Below, one piece after another: positions 28,864-38,005 of a stretch of DNA of 64,000 nt. The notes beneath the pieces are model-generated. The model had not been told where the DNA came from and made no database searches. It saw nothing but the letters and a program-made list of their open reading frames with translations. The stretch comes from Candidatus Thorarchaeota archaeon. GTDB taxonomy: Archaea; Asgardarchaeota; Thorarchaeia; Thorarchaeales; Thorarchaeaceae. Where the stretch lies: positions 26,069 through 90,068 of the forward strand of contig SDNP01000009.1 in the NCBI GenBank assembly GCA_004524445.1, in the 5' to 3' direction. The position numbers and the translations under genes were made by a program. The stretch's first letter is position 1. Each line of letters begins with the position of its first letter.

Positions 28864-29205
28864 TTATAACCCCCATTGCTTTGCGCCATAGTCGGCAATC
28901 CGATATACCCCATAGGCGAATAGAAGCAGTCCTATCACGAATGTCGAACCATCAAAAAGATTGAGAACATCAACGAGCGAATCATCGAATTGCAGCGTAT
29001 CCAAGGCATCGAAAATTGCATGAAACATCAGGAGTGCAATGCCTGCCACAATAGACGTCCAACCCTCTGAGGTGATTCGTGGGTGCTTCTTTCTGATTTT
29101 GTATGCAAACAATGTGGCTACAAAAAGGCCTAGGGCTATCAAAGACTCCATGCTAATCAGGAACAGATCCTCTGGGTCTAAAAGGCCTATCTGCATGGCA
29201 AGCAC
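28864..29205 (-). CDS. Small 3-TM membrane protein, apparent paralog of the adjacent gene
   Basis: Three hydrophobic segments; shares KKHPRI/RRYPMI and DALD/DAFD motifs. Confidence 0.75.
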   Translation of the reverse strand: MLAMQIGLLDPEDLFLISMESLIALGLFVATLFAYKIRKKHPRITSEGWTSIVAGIALLMFHAIFDALDTLQFDDSLVDVLNLFDGSTFVIGLLLFAYGVYRIADYGAKQWGL

Positions 29206-29364
29206 TGAATATCAACTATTAGAAGCGGGAATTAAATCTTCCTGAGGAGAATAAGGAAATTAGTGACATGCAATCCTTGCTCTATGAGGTAACGAATACC
29301 TATTGATTGCTACGAGAGAAAATCCTTTCTTATGCTGGCTTATTTTTCGGAGGGTGAACAGACC

Positions 29365-30159
29365 ATGGACCTAGAATACTTCTCAGACGAGGAGTATCAC
29401 CGAGCCTTTATTGACTTCGGTGGAGTCCGAGAAGAAATTGCTCGTCTTTTATTCCATAGCCTTGGGATGAATACAGAAATAATCCTAGATATTCCTGCTG
29501 GCCATGGCTACCTTTCCTTTGAAGTTGCGAAACGATTCAAACAGAGTCGTGTCTTGGGTATAGGCCTCCCAAATGATTGCACCGCGTATCTGAGAATTCG
29601 GAATCAAAACAAATTCTCGCCTTTCTATGATAGAGTCGATTTCACTGCCTGTGATGCAACGAGATTGGCTTTGCCTGCTGGCTCTTGTGATTTAATAGTT
29701 AACTTCCTTGGACTCGAAGATATAAGGATGACAAGGGGTGAAACCGGAGTACTTCAGACACTATCCGAGTTCGCTAGAGTGCTAAGAGGCGGTGCAATAC
29801 TTGAGCTTACTATCGCAGAATATGGCGATACACCTGAGGAGGAAATTGCCAAATCTGTTTGGGAGAGCATAGGATTGAATGCTGTTTTCCAGCCTATCAA
29901 CTTCTATAGTGATAAGCTGAACGAACTTGATTTTAAGCTGACAAAGAAGAGAAAAATGTTGTATCCGAAAAAGATGAAAGCTAACCAGGCGAGAGAAGAG
30001 ATTGAGTTTGCTTGTTTGAATGCCCCCAAGATATACAAGTCATTCGGCGTGAATTCAGTTTCATTTGATGAGATATGGTCCGAGTTCGGTTCTCTGATTG
30101 AAACACACGGAATGGCATACTGGTCAAAATTGTGGGTATTAATTTTTCAGAAGGTATGA
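29365..30159 (+). CDS. Class I SAM-dependent methyltransferase
   Basis: ILDIPAGHG, CDATRL, CDLIV, RVLRGG; start after GGAGGGTGA. Confidence 0.8.
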   Translation: MDLEYFSDEEYHRAFIDFGGVREEIARLLFHSLGMNTEIILDIPAGHGYLSFEVAKRFKQSRVLGIGLPNDCTAYLRIRNQNKFSPFYDRVDFTACDATRLALPAGSCDLIVNFLGLEDIRMTRGETGVLQTLSEFARVLRGGAILELTIAEYGDTPEEEIAKSVWESIGLNAVFQPINFYSDKLNELDFKLTKKRKMLYPKKMKANQAREEIEFACLNAPKIYKSFGVNSVSFDEIWSEFGSLIETHGMAYWSKLWVLIFQKV

Positions 30160-30265
30160 TAGGACGAAAGTCTGTTCTTCTGATCATGCCAAATAAGGAG
30201 GCAAGATGTTACCCATGCAATTCTTAATTAGCAGTGCTACCTTATTCTCGGCGAGTTGCGATAGA

Positions 30266-31180
30266 ATGTTACGTAAGAACGAACTGAATTTCCTTCAAGT
30301 GGATGCTTTCACAGATACCCGTTTTGGGGGAAATCCCGCTATTGTTGTGTTAGATGCTGACTCTCTTGATGATGAACAGATGTATATGATTGCAGAAGAG
30401 ATGAGCTCACGGGAAACTGTCTTTGTTTGTAAATCATCTGTCGCTGACTTCTGTTTTCGATTTCTCACGTCAAAGGGTGAAATTGACTTTTCAGGACATT
30501 CTGCAATTGCTGCCTTTCATGCACTAGTTGAGGAGGGCAAAGCAGAAGTGGTATACGATGTGACAATGCTCTCATTGGAAACCAAATCTGGGGTTCTGCA
30601 GGTTGAGATCGTGAAGAATGAAACCACCCGCACCCATGAAGTCCAAATAACTCATTCACGACCCGAGTTCATGAACACTTATGATACTAAAGCATATGCG
30701 GAGGCGCTCGGACTCAATCTTGTCGATATAATGTCTTTGTATCCTATACAGACAGTGAGTACTGGGACTCCTCATTTGGTTATCCCATTGATGAGTCTTG
30801 ATGCCTTAGAACGGGTCAAACCGAACTTGGATTTGATTGAGAGTTTATCCGCTGATGGTGACTATGACTCAATCATTGCATTCACGAAAGAAACGCATGA
30901 AGTAACTTCTGATGCGCATCTCAAACACTTTGCTCCTGCGCTTGGTGTTGCCGAAGAGCCGGCATCGGGGGTTGCTTCAGGATGTTTGGGAAGCTATCTT
31001 ATTCGGCATGGTATTATTGACTCTACAAATCGTGTTTCAACTATTGTTCTAGAGCAAGGATACCATCTGGGCCGTCCAAGTAAGGTGATAGTGGAAGTAA
31101 TCGGAGATAGAGAGGGAATCGAACAAGTCAAAGTGAGCGGCACAGCAGTCACTGTGATGAAAGGTGAAATATACATCTAG
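30266..31180 (+). CDS. PhzF family isomerase
   Basis: QVDAFT..FGGNPA, ETVF, SGHS, STGTPH, EQG..GRPS. Confidence 0.9.
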   Translation: MLRKNELNFLQVDAFTDTRFGGNPAIVVLDADSLDDEQMYMIAEEMSSRETVFVCKSSVADFCFRFLTSKGEIDFSGHSAIAAFHALVEEGKAEVVYDVTMLSLETKSGVLQVEIVKNETTRTHEVQITHSRPEFMNTYDTKAYAEALGLNLVDIMSLYPIQTVSTGTPHLVIPLMSLDALERVKPNLDLIESLSADGDYDSIIAFTKETHEVTSDAHLKHFAPALGVAEEPASGVASGCLGSYLIRHGIIDSTNRVSTIVLEQGYHLGRPSKVIVEVIGDREGIEQVKVSGTAVTVMKGEIYI

Positions 31181-31339
31181 TTTGATTTCATGTCCCCTGA
31201 TTGAAAATATGACTCATATGAGAGCATTTTACTTGTTTTGATAGTTCCATGTAATAGTCGTTAATTCATGAAATGATTTTCGACAGATTCAGAAACTCTA
31301 AAAAAGGTGTTTGAGGGTGCCAGCTGCGGAAGATGCTTG

Positions 31340-32419
31340 ATGAATGAGTACAAGGCAATTATAGCAGAGGAGCAGAAGAGAGTTAACGACGCTTTGGTGA
31401 AGTATCTAGATTCAAAAATTGAACAAGTAAGTCGATTAGGAGATTGGCACACAAAGTACTATGCCAATATCAAGGAGTATATCATGCGCGGGGGAAAACG
31501 GCTTCGTCCTATTCTTGTGGCAGTAGGCTATAAATGCATACGAAAAGAAGTAGACATTCAGCATCTCTATCGCGCAGCGTGTTCCGTAGAAATCTTGCAT
31601 AACGGATCACTCCTCCATGATGATTTAATCGACCATGATGAATCTAGACGTGGAGGCAAGACATTCCATGCCACCTATCGAGACTGGTATAAGACCAGAT
31701 CTAACAACATGGAAAAGGCTCAAGACTTCGGAATGACCATGGCTATTCTTGGTGGTGATTCTCTCCTCAATATGGGATCAGAAGCGATAAGCGACTCGCA
31801 CCTGGAACCTGAGATTGCAGTCAAATGTCAGAAGCTCTACCAGACCGCATTCCAATATCTGGCTGATGGTGTGATGCTGGAGATGACAATGGTGAATCAA
31901 CAGGACACACCTCCGGAAACCTATCTAGAAATGGTCGCCATGAAAACAGCTGTCCTGTTCGAAAAGGCGTTATTAATGGGTGCAACTCTGGCTGGTGCTA
32001 CTGAGGTGCAATTGAATGCCTTGCAGGAGTATGGTATCAAAGTTGGGCAAGCTTTTCAGATGCAAGATGATATCTTAGGGACTTTTGGCGACGAAGAAAT
32101 CACTGGCAAACCAGCAGACGGGGATATTCGTGAAGGAAAGAAAACGATGCTGGTCATCTTAGCTTACAAAAACGCAAATGAAAAGCAGCGAAACTTGCTT
32201 GATAATCTTCTAGGCAAAGAAGGCATGGATCATGAAGAAGTAGAACAGGTTCGACAGGTATTCCGTGATACAGGTGCTCTAGAAGAAACTGAGGGTTTCA
32301 TGATGGATTTGCTCAGAAAAGGTCAGAGTGCCTTGGAAGCAGCAGTTCCTCCATTTACTCAAAGATACAAACACTTCCTTCTCAATCTTTCGCAGTTTCT
32401 CGTAGAGAGGCAGTATTAA
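31340..32419 (+). CDS. Polyprenyl diphosphate synthase (GGPP synthase-like)
   Basis: GGKRLRP, LLHDDLID..RRG, KTA, FQMQDD, DIREGKKT. Confidence 0.92.
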   Translation: MNEYKAIIAEEQKRVNDALVKYLDSKIEQVSRLGDWHTKYYANIKEYIMRGGKRLRPILVAVGYKCIRKEVDIQHLYRAACSVEILHNGSLLHDDLIDHDESRRGGKTFHATYRDWYKTRSNNMEKAQDFGMTMAILGGDSLLNMGSEAISDSHLEPEIAVKCQKLYQTAFQYLADGVMLEMTMVNQQDTPPETYLEMVAMKTAVLFEKALLMGATLAGATEVQLNALQEYGIKVGQAFQMQDDILGTFGDEEITGKPADGDIREGKKTMLVILAYKNANEKQRNLLDNLLGKEGMDHEEVEQVRQVFRDTGALEETEGFMMDLLRKGQSALEAAVPPFTQRYKHFLLNLSQFLVERQY

Positions 32420-32447
32420 ACATAAAATATCACTGGTCGATTTTCTA

Positions 32448-33044
32448 TCAACTCGCTGCATACCTACTCTCAATCAGGTGAAGACTAAGAAGAAGAAGAT
32501 CTTCTCCTTCAGCATCAAGTAGCCTTCTCATGGGCTTGAGTAATTCAGGGGCATCTTGCTCCAAATACTCAATAAATTTGGAACTGGACCTCGATAGGGC
32601 TTTGCGCATCTCTCTAGCATGAAGGATTATTGTTTCGTTTGCCTTTGCCTGGCCAGCATATTCAGTGAGTAAAAGATGATCCATGAGTTTCACAATTTCC
32701 TCTGCAATTTTACTCGATTCGCTTACCATTCCCTCGTCAGCCTTTCTACCCTGTCCATATTTTGACCTGACAAATTCGAGAATTGGCTTGTGCCTATCGA
32801 TATCCTCATCGTATGGCTCTTTCTCTAGTTCACTTGCATCAATATCTCTCTTCCAACACACCTTTCCATGTAGATATGCCTTGGAGATGTATCCCTTCTT
32901 CTCCATGTCCTGTAAATGCTCTTGGAATATGTCTCTCGTTATTAACGAGCCACGAGCAGAAAGCAGTAGATACTTGTGAAAGAGGGTTTCCTCGAATTCT
33001 ATCAAAGCCGTACCAAAGGCGCGTAGGATATCTCTCTCCAACAT
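32448..33044 (-). CDS. Hypothetical protein, possible N-terminal winged helix
   Basis: FQEHLQDMEKKGYI followed by a short beta hairpin. Confidence 0.55.
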   Translation of the reverse strand: MLERDILRAFGTALIEFEETLFHKYLLLSARGSLITRDIFQEHLQDMEKKGYISKAYLHGKVCWKRDIDASELEKEPYDEDIDRHKPILEFVRSKYGQGRKADEGMVSESSKIAEEIVKLMDHLLLTEYAGQAKANETIILHAREMRKALSRSSSKFIEYLEQDAPELLKPMRRLLDAEGEDLLLLSLHLIESRYAAS

Positions 33045-33181
33045 CTCTATTTTCCCACTCAGAGGTCTCTTTTATCATTAAATCAATGCTTAATGTCAAC
33101 TAACTACTTACGTATTTGATAATAAGAACATTGGCAGGCTAGACCCATTCCATAAAGAGTCCGTAGAATCTTTCTACGGTA

Positions 33182-33210
33182 AGAAGAAAAAAGGCGGCAA
33201 AAAGCCGCCT
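33182..33210 (-). terminator. Hairpin plus U-tract terminator
   Basis: Minus strand AGGCGGC-TTTTT-GCCGCCT followed by TTTTTCTT, 6 nt after the stop codon. Confidence 0.75.
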
Positions 33211-33216
33211 AGCTAA

Positions 33217-35118
33217 CTATCTTCTCCTAAGCAGAATTATCACAACAAGGACAATTACTACGGCGGCAATGCCAATTCCGAGAAAAATCAGCATTGTTGG
33301 GTCGAGTACTAGAGCAGTATCAGTGGTGCCTGTACCAGCTCCCCATGAGATATCAAAATATGCTCTGACTGCAGTATTGCCATTGGCATCCGTTGCAATA
33401 ATGCTAAACGTGAGATTTCCGCTAGTCACATCTGGAATCTCCACTGAGTACTCATCGCCCATGGCAGACATATCCAGTTCAACACTAGTTGAGTCTGTGG
33501 TATAATTGAGCCTCACGGACTCTATTCCATATGGGTCTGTAACCCCTGCAGATATGGTGACGGTGTTTCCTTCACCTGGGTTTTCGGGTGTCCAACTAAC
33601 ATCCTTAATCCGTGGACCAATCTCATCTTCGTTGCTGATATTCTCGATAGACCTATTTGTTGTCGACCAATCAATGAAATTCTCTAAGAGCTGAATATTG
33701 CTAAAGATAGCAGTCTTCCCATAGTCAAAGTTGCTGAAGAAAGTGGTACCGGCAACAAGTAACCGCAAATCACCAATTTCCTCGACTGCAACCAAGGGGA
33801 TTTGATTACCATATACTCCATCATCCGTATCATCATAGATGACTTCTGGAGCGGGAGCTACCTGATCTGTCTGATATGCACTCTCTTCTCCATAGACAAT
33901 TGGTAATGTGGGATTTTCATCAATGAAGTAAAGGGAAGTCGGTGAGAACAATGTTAATGCTGATACACCATATGTCAAATCGTTTGTATCCTGAGGTTCT
34001 GGAATATCATAAATGTCATTGTACCAGAGTTGGTAGGTCCCGAGCATGTAGACATTATCGTCATTTATTCTTATGTCTGAACCAATTGCGTTCAGTATTT
34101 GATTTGGTCTTGCGTTGTCAACATATTCAGAGAAATCTCCTCTGGCAGTCAGAATCATAGACTTATTTCCGGTCGATGCCCAGTTTGAGATGGCAGTCAA
34201 TTCTGATGAAGTATATTCATCAAGTGCGCAGGTTGCAATGAACAGGTCCACATCAGAAAGGTCCTCGGTAGTAAATGATGTTGTTTGCTTTCTAAGCTCA
34301 TAGTGATTGCGTTCGAGTGTCTGTTCAATAGATGAAAGCTGATCCTCGCCTTGATAGTCGATGTAGTCATTCGTATGAGCATAGTCGATTAATGCCACAT
34401 GATCATATGTTATGGTAATATCTGGAGCTGAAATGGAATCTGTTATGGTATAGAAAAGAGAGAGAACCCCATCTACGGCCTTGAAGAGGCAGTTCTCCGT
34501 TATTTCTTTGACCTCCGGATCATCTAAGGCTCGCGAATCCTCATCATCATAGTGCGCAACTATTGTATCATAGAATTGATGAGAATACTCTGCATTCTCA
34601 ATGACAAGGTCAGTCACATTTTCAACAATAGATTCGGTTGGGTCATCAATCTCAAGTGAGCCAAGATTCTCATTTATGTCCTTTTCATAGCCGGAGTGCC
34701 CTGGCCAATAATCGTCAGTGTGCACCGGAATACACGGGTCCGAAAAGTAGTGAGTCAGTACTCCTGCAGCGAAGAAACCATCTTCCCAGTTTCCTGCAGT
34801 GAAGTTATCTCTGGTAAATTCAAACCACTCAGCTGCAGCCCATGGTGCATTGTAATCCCCTGTTTCCGGATAGTAGAGATGATTTTCCCAATCTTGCCAT
34901 ACTTGGTCCGGCGTTGTTGATCCAGTGATGAGTTCAGGCAAGTAATATTGAAACGCCTCCAACCAGCTGGAGTTCGATATGGCATTGACTGCGGTGTCAA
35001 CAATGTACATGTGGGTGGTCAATCCCCACGCACTGGCTGGCTGAGCACTTGGCAGAGTTATTGTCATTGGCACAAATGATAGCAACAAAACACAGAGAAG
35101 GACCTTGGATCTTTTCAT
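33217..35118 (-). CDS. Membrane-anchored zinc-dependent phospholipase C/P1-nuclease-family protein with DUF4350/GIFT-like and Ig-like domains
   Basis: Signal peptide ASA|WGLTTH; PD, ENH, HYFSD, PVH, HSGYE Zn ligands; LIDYAH domain; C-terminal TM followed by RRR. Confidence 0.75.
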   Translation of the reverse strand: MKRSKVLLCVLLLSFVPMTITLPSAQPASAWGLTTHMYIVDTAVNAISNSSWLEAFQYYLPELITGSTTPDQVWQDWENHLYYPETGDYNAPWAAAEWFEFTRDNFTAGNWEDGFFAAGVLTHYFSDPCIPVHTDDYWPGHSGYEKDINENLGSLEIDDPTESIVENVTDLVIENAEYSHQFYDTIVAHYDDEDSRALDDPEVKEITENCLFKAVDGVLSLFYTITDSISAPDITITYDHVALIDYAHTNDYIDYQGEDQLSSIEQTLERNHYELRKQTTSFTTEDLSDVDLFIATCALDEYTSSELTAISNWASTGNKSMILTARGDFSEYVDNARPNQILNAIGSDIRINDDNVYMLGTYQLWYNDIYDIPEPQDTNDLTYGVSALTLFSPTSLYFIDENPTLPIVYGEESAYQTDQVAPAPEVIYDDTDDGVYGNQIPLVAVEEIGDLRLLVAGTTFFSNFDYGKTAIFSNIQLLENFIDWSTTNRSIENISNEDEIGPRIKDVSWTPENPGEGNTVTISAGVTDPYGIESVRLNYTTDSTSVELDMSAMGDEYSVEIPDVTSGNLTFSIIATDANGNTAVRAYFDISWGAGTGTTDTALVLDPTMLIFLGIGIAAVVIVLVVIILLRRR

Positions 35119-35157
35119 ATTGGAACAAGGATAATATTGCCACAAATAAACTGTACG

Positions 35158-35201
35158 GAAAAAAATTAGAATGAAGTAGCGGGCAAAAACCCGACTACTT
35201 C
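35158..35201 (-). terminator. Intra-operon hairpin plus U-tract
   Basis: Minus strand GAAGTAG-T-CGGG-TTTTTG-CCCG-CTACTTC followed by a T-run. Confidence 0.6.
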
Positions 35202-35210
35202 GAATTTGAA

Positions 35211-36233
35211 TTATTTCCTTCTCATGACGGCTATAATGATGATTACAACCACAACAGCACCAATAGCTCCGATAGCAATTATCAGAGTCATGTCTTGGGC
35301 CTGTGCTTGGTTCATGCCAAAGTCAATAGCCTGTGGGACTATCCTCTCTGACAGCTCAACACCATAGTATTCGGATTCGAACATCGGTCGGTAGTCACCG
35401 TAGGGTGATGCTCCAGACACAATGATTACGTTGTCGCCAGTTTCACCAGCGTTAATCTCGATGGTTGCTGCGACAAATGAACCTGTGTCTCCCTCATCAT
35501 GTACATAGCCATCAATCAGGTCTGCGTTTACGATGGTTGCATCCTCGGAGTAGTAGAGGAATGGATACACATTAGCAATCTCTTCTGTTTCCAGCGCAAC
35601 GGGGTCAACTCCAACACCAGGGGTATCGGAGTCACTACCATAAAGGCAGGTTGGTCCGTGCATAAGGACTGCATCAACACCCTCCACAATGGGGGCGACG
35701 AATGGGTCATCGCTGGTAACAGTGGCAACGGGTCGATAGCCAGCTCCAGCATTAGACTCGGGGTCTTCTACTGAGAGTGGTTCTCCGTACACATGTGAAC
35801 CCAACGGCTCTAGAATGGCTGACATGTTATCAAAGATGTACTGATTGCCACCATAATCTGAATCATAAGCGATCCAGACGAATTTTCTTCCATCTGCATA
35901 CCAATCTTCGATCGCAGATATCTCGCTACTTGTATATCCGTTGCTAGTTCCATACATGGATCCTGCAACAAATCCAACTGCGCCATCCAGCACGCTTGAG
36001 TTGATCCCACCCTTGGCCCACACAACAGTGTAGCCCAAGTCGGTCAGGTTATTGGCCAACCATAAGTCGGTTGTATTGATCAAGTTGCTATTTTCTTGAC
36101 CATGTGAATAGTCAAAGACTATTGTACCTGTACCTGCAGCCTTTACGGGGGCAGGACCAATCAGAAGCGCAGCCATTAGAGCAGTTAAAATGCCTAATGT
36201 GAAGGCACGTCTTGCTAAAAGCTTGTTTGTCAT
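35211..36233 (-). CDS. Membrane-anchored surface protein with DUF4350/GIFT-like domain
   Basis: Signal peptide, IVFDYSHGQ, C-terminal TM followed by RRK; start after GGAGG. Confidence 0.7.
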   Translation of the reverse strand: MTNKLLARRAFTLGILTALMAALLIGPAPVKAAGTGTIVFDYSHGQENSNLINTTDLWLANNLTDLGYTVVWAKGGINSSVLDGAVGFVAGSMYGTSNGYTSSEISAIEDWYADGRKFVWIAYDSDYGGNQYIFDNMSAILEPLGSHVYGEPLSVEDPESNAGAGYRPVATVTSDDPFVAPIVEGVDAVLMHGPTCLYGSDSDTPGVGVDPVALETEEIANVYPFLYYSEDATIVNADLIDGYVHDEGDTGSFVAATIEINAGETGDNVIIVSGASPYGDYRPMFESEYYGVELSERIVPQAIDFGMNQAQAQDMTLIIAIGAIGAVVVVIIIIAVMRRK

Positions 36234-36534
36234 CTGATCAGATTCCTCCTTCTCAATAACTCTGAGAAGATACTTCCCAGTCGGTATTGCCATGATAAAA
36301 CCTTTTCGCGTGATGTGTTCCTAAAATGGGCATAATCGACGAATATGGATTAAAAAATCGTCAAAACGTGCTTGGTTTGCATATTTATTGAGTAAGAAAT
36401 TTGGGGCACAATTGATTCAGATATTCCCTGTTTGGTAAACCTTAATTACTGGAAGTTAGTCATCTATTTATTGGATGAATGATTGAAACTGGAGCAAGCT
36501 TTTGCTTCAGTTATTATGAGAGAGGATAATACGA

Positions 36535-37989
36535 ATGAGCGAATTTGAATCAGGCCGAAATACGAGAACGATTCTTCTTGCAGTTGTTGTAATCGTTGTT
36601 GTTGTCGCTGGTGGAATTATTGGCTTCTTATTCTTAGGAGGTCAGGGACCAACTGACACCACAACAGACACCGAACCTAGTGGTGACCGAATAACCATCC
36701 TTACCAGACACGATGTGGCTATTCATAATGTCTTCGAACCACTATTCTTAGAGAGTGATTTCGCACAGGATAATGGAATTACAGATATTCTGTGGAAGAC
36801 CCCCTCTGCTGAGTTCTGGGATGATCTAATTGATAGGGGAGAGATCGATGTCGCTTGGGGTGGAGGTCCGACCATCTTTGATCAACTGATGAGAGATGAA
36901 AGACTGGCCACGCTTGACAGTGAACTCATGCAGGAAGTAGCAGGCCGTGTACCGGATCAGATTGCGGGCGCGAACATGAAGCGGAATGACACTTCTGGCG
37001 ACCTCAAATGGATGGCTGCCGCAATCTCTACATTTGGCTTTACGGTCAATCATCAATTTTTAGATGAATATGAGCTACCTACACCTAACAAATGGACTGA
37101 CCTAGCAGATGCAACTTATGGCAGTCTGCTTCCAACAATACCCACCATTGCAATGGGCAATGCTCCGGATACAACCTCAAACACTAGAATCTATGAGATT
37201 ATCACGCAAGGTCTCGGTTGGGATACAGGCTGGCAGACCATGGCACGAATGGCTGGAAGCGCAAATATCTACAGCGGCTCTGTTGAAACACAAGCAGCTT
37301 CAGAGAATGGAGACGTAGGTGTTTCCATGTCGATTGACTTCTATGGATATCTCACCCAGTACAGAAACCCTGACTGTGAATACATCATTCCAGAAGGTCA
37401 AACAATTGTCAATGGAGATCCTATTGCCATTCCGCATAATGCTCCAAATCATGAGTATGCTGAAGGTTTTCTCGACTTCGTTCTTTCCTGCGAGGGTCAA
37501 GCCCTTTGGTTGGACCCATCCATCCGTCGAATGCCTATTCTTGAATGTGCATTTTGGGAACCGGCTGCTGAAGATGCACAGGACTTGTATGCAGTATACA
37601 ATCAGACTGTAGATACTGTGGGCATTGACTTCAATGATACCTTGTCGTTGCAGATTAACGCAGCATTCACTCGTTACTTTGAAGCTGTATTCACACAAGC
37701 GCATACCGAACTAGTAGACACATGGAATCTCTTGGTGACCTCCTATCTAGACGGTGATATCAGCGAGTCCCAGTTTGAAAGCTTCGCAGCAATGATGGGT
37801 ACTCCAGTGACTATTGTGGACCCCAATACAAGTGAAGACGAGAAATTCACTGCAGAGTATGCAGTAGAAATCAACGAACAGATGATCTACGACAGTGATT
37901 TCGCTTCTACTATGCAATCACTATGGACCGCTGCTGCAAAAGCACAGTATCAAGATGTCTATAACCAGGTTTCAGCATTGTTGATGTAA
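36535..37989 (+). CDS. ABC transporter substrate-binding protein (Fe3+/thiamine/sugar-phosphate family)
   Basis: N-terminal TM, DVAWGGG, P..WTDL, IDFYG, NGDPIAI, FLDFVLS.EGQ. Confidence 0.85.
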   Translation: MSEFESGRNTRTILLAVVVIVVVVAGGIIGFLFLGGQGPTDTTTDTEPSGDRITILTRHDVAIHNVFEPLFLESDFAQDNGITDILWKTPSAEFWDDLIDRGEIDVAWGGGPTIFDQLMRDERLATLDSELMQEVAGRVPDQIAGANMKRNDTSGDLKWMAAAISTFGFTVNHQFLDEYELPTPNKWTDLADATYGSLLPTIPTIAMGNAPDTTSNTRIYEIITQGLGWDTGWQTMARMAGSANIYSGSVETQAASENGDVGVSMSIDFYGYLTQYRNPDCEYIIPEGQTIVNGDPIAIPHNAPNHEYAEGFLDFVLSCEGQALWLDPSIRRMPILECAFWEPAAEDAQDLYAVYNQTVDTVGIDFNDTLSLQINAAFTRYFEAVFTQAHTELVDTWNLLVTSYLDGDISESQFESFAAMMGTPVTIVDPNTSEDEKFTAEYAVEINEQMIYDSDFASTMQSLWTAAAKAQYQDVYNQVSALLM

Positions 37990-38005
37990 AGGGAGAATTG
38001 AGGAA

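Noticed and set aside
33161-33179. Palindrome CCGTAGAA-TCT-TTCTACGG
   Set aside because: Single occurrence next to a terminator; no second copy to define an operator or repeat
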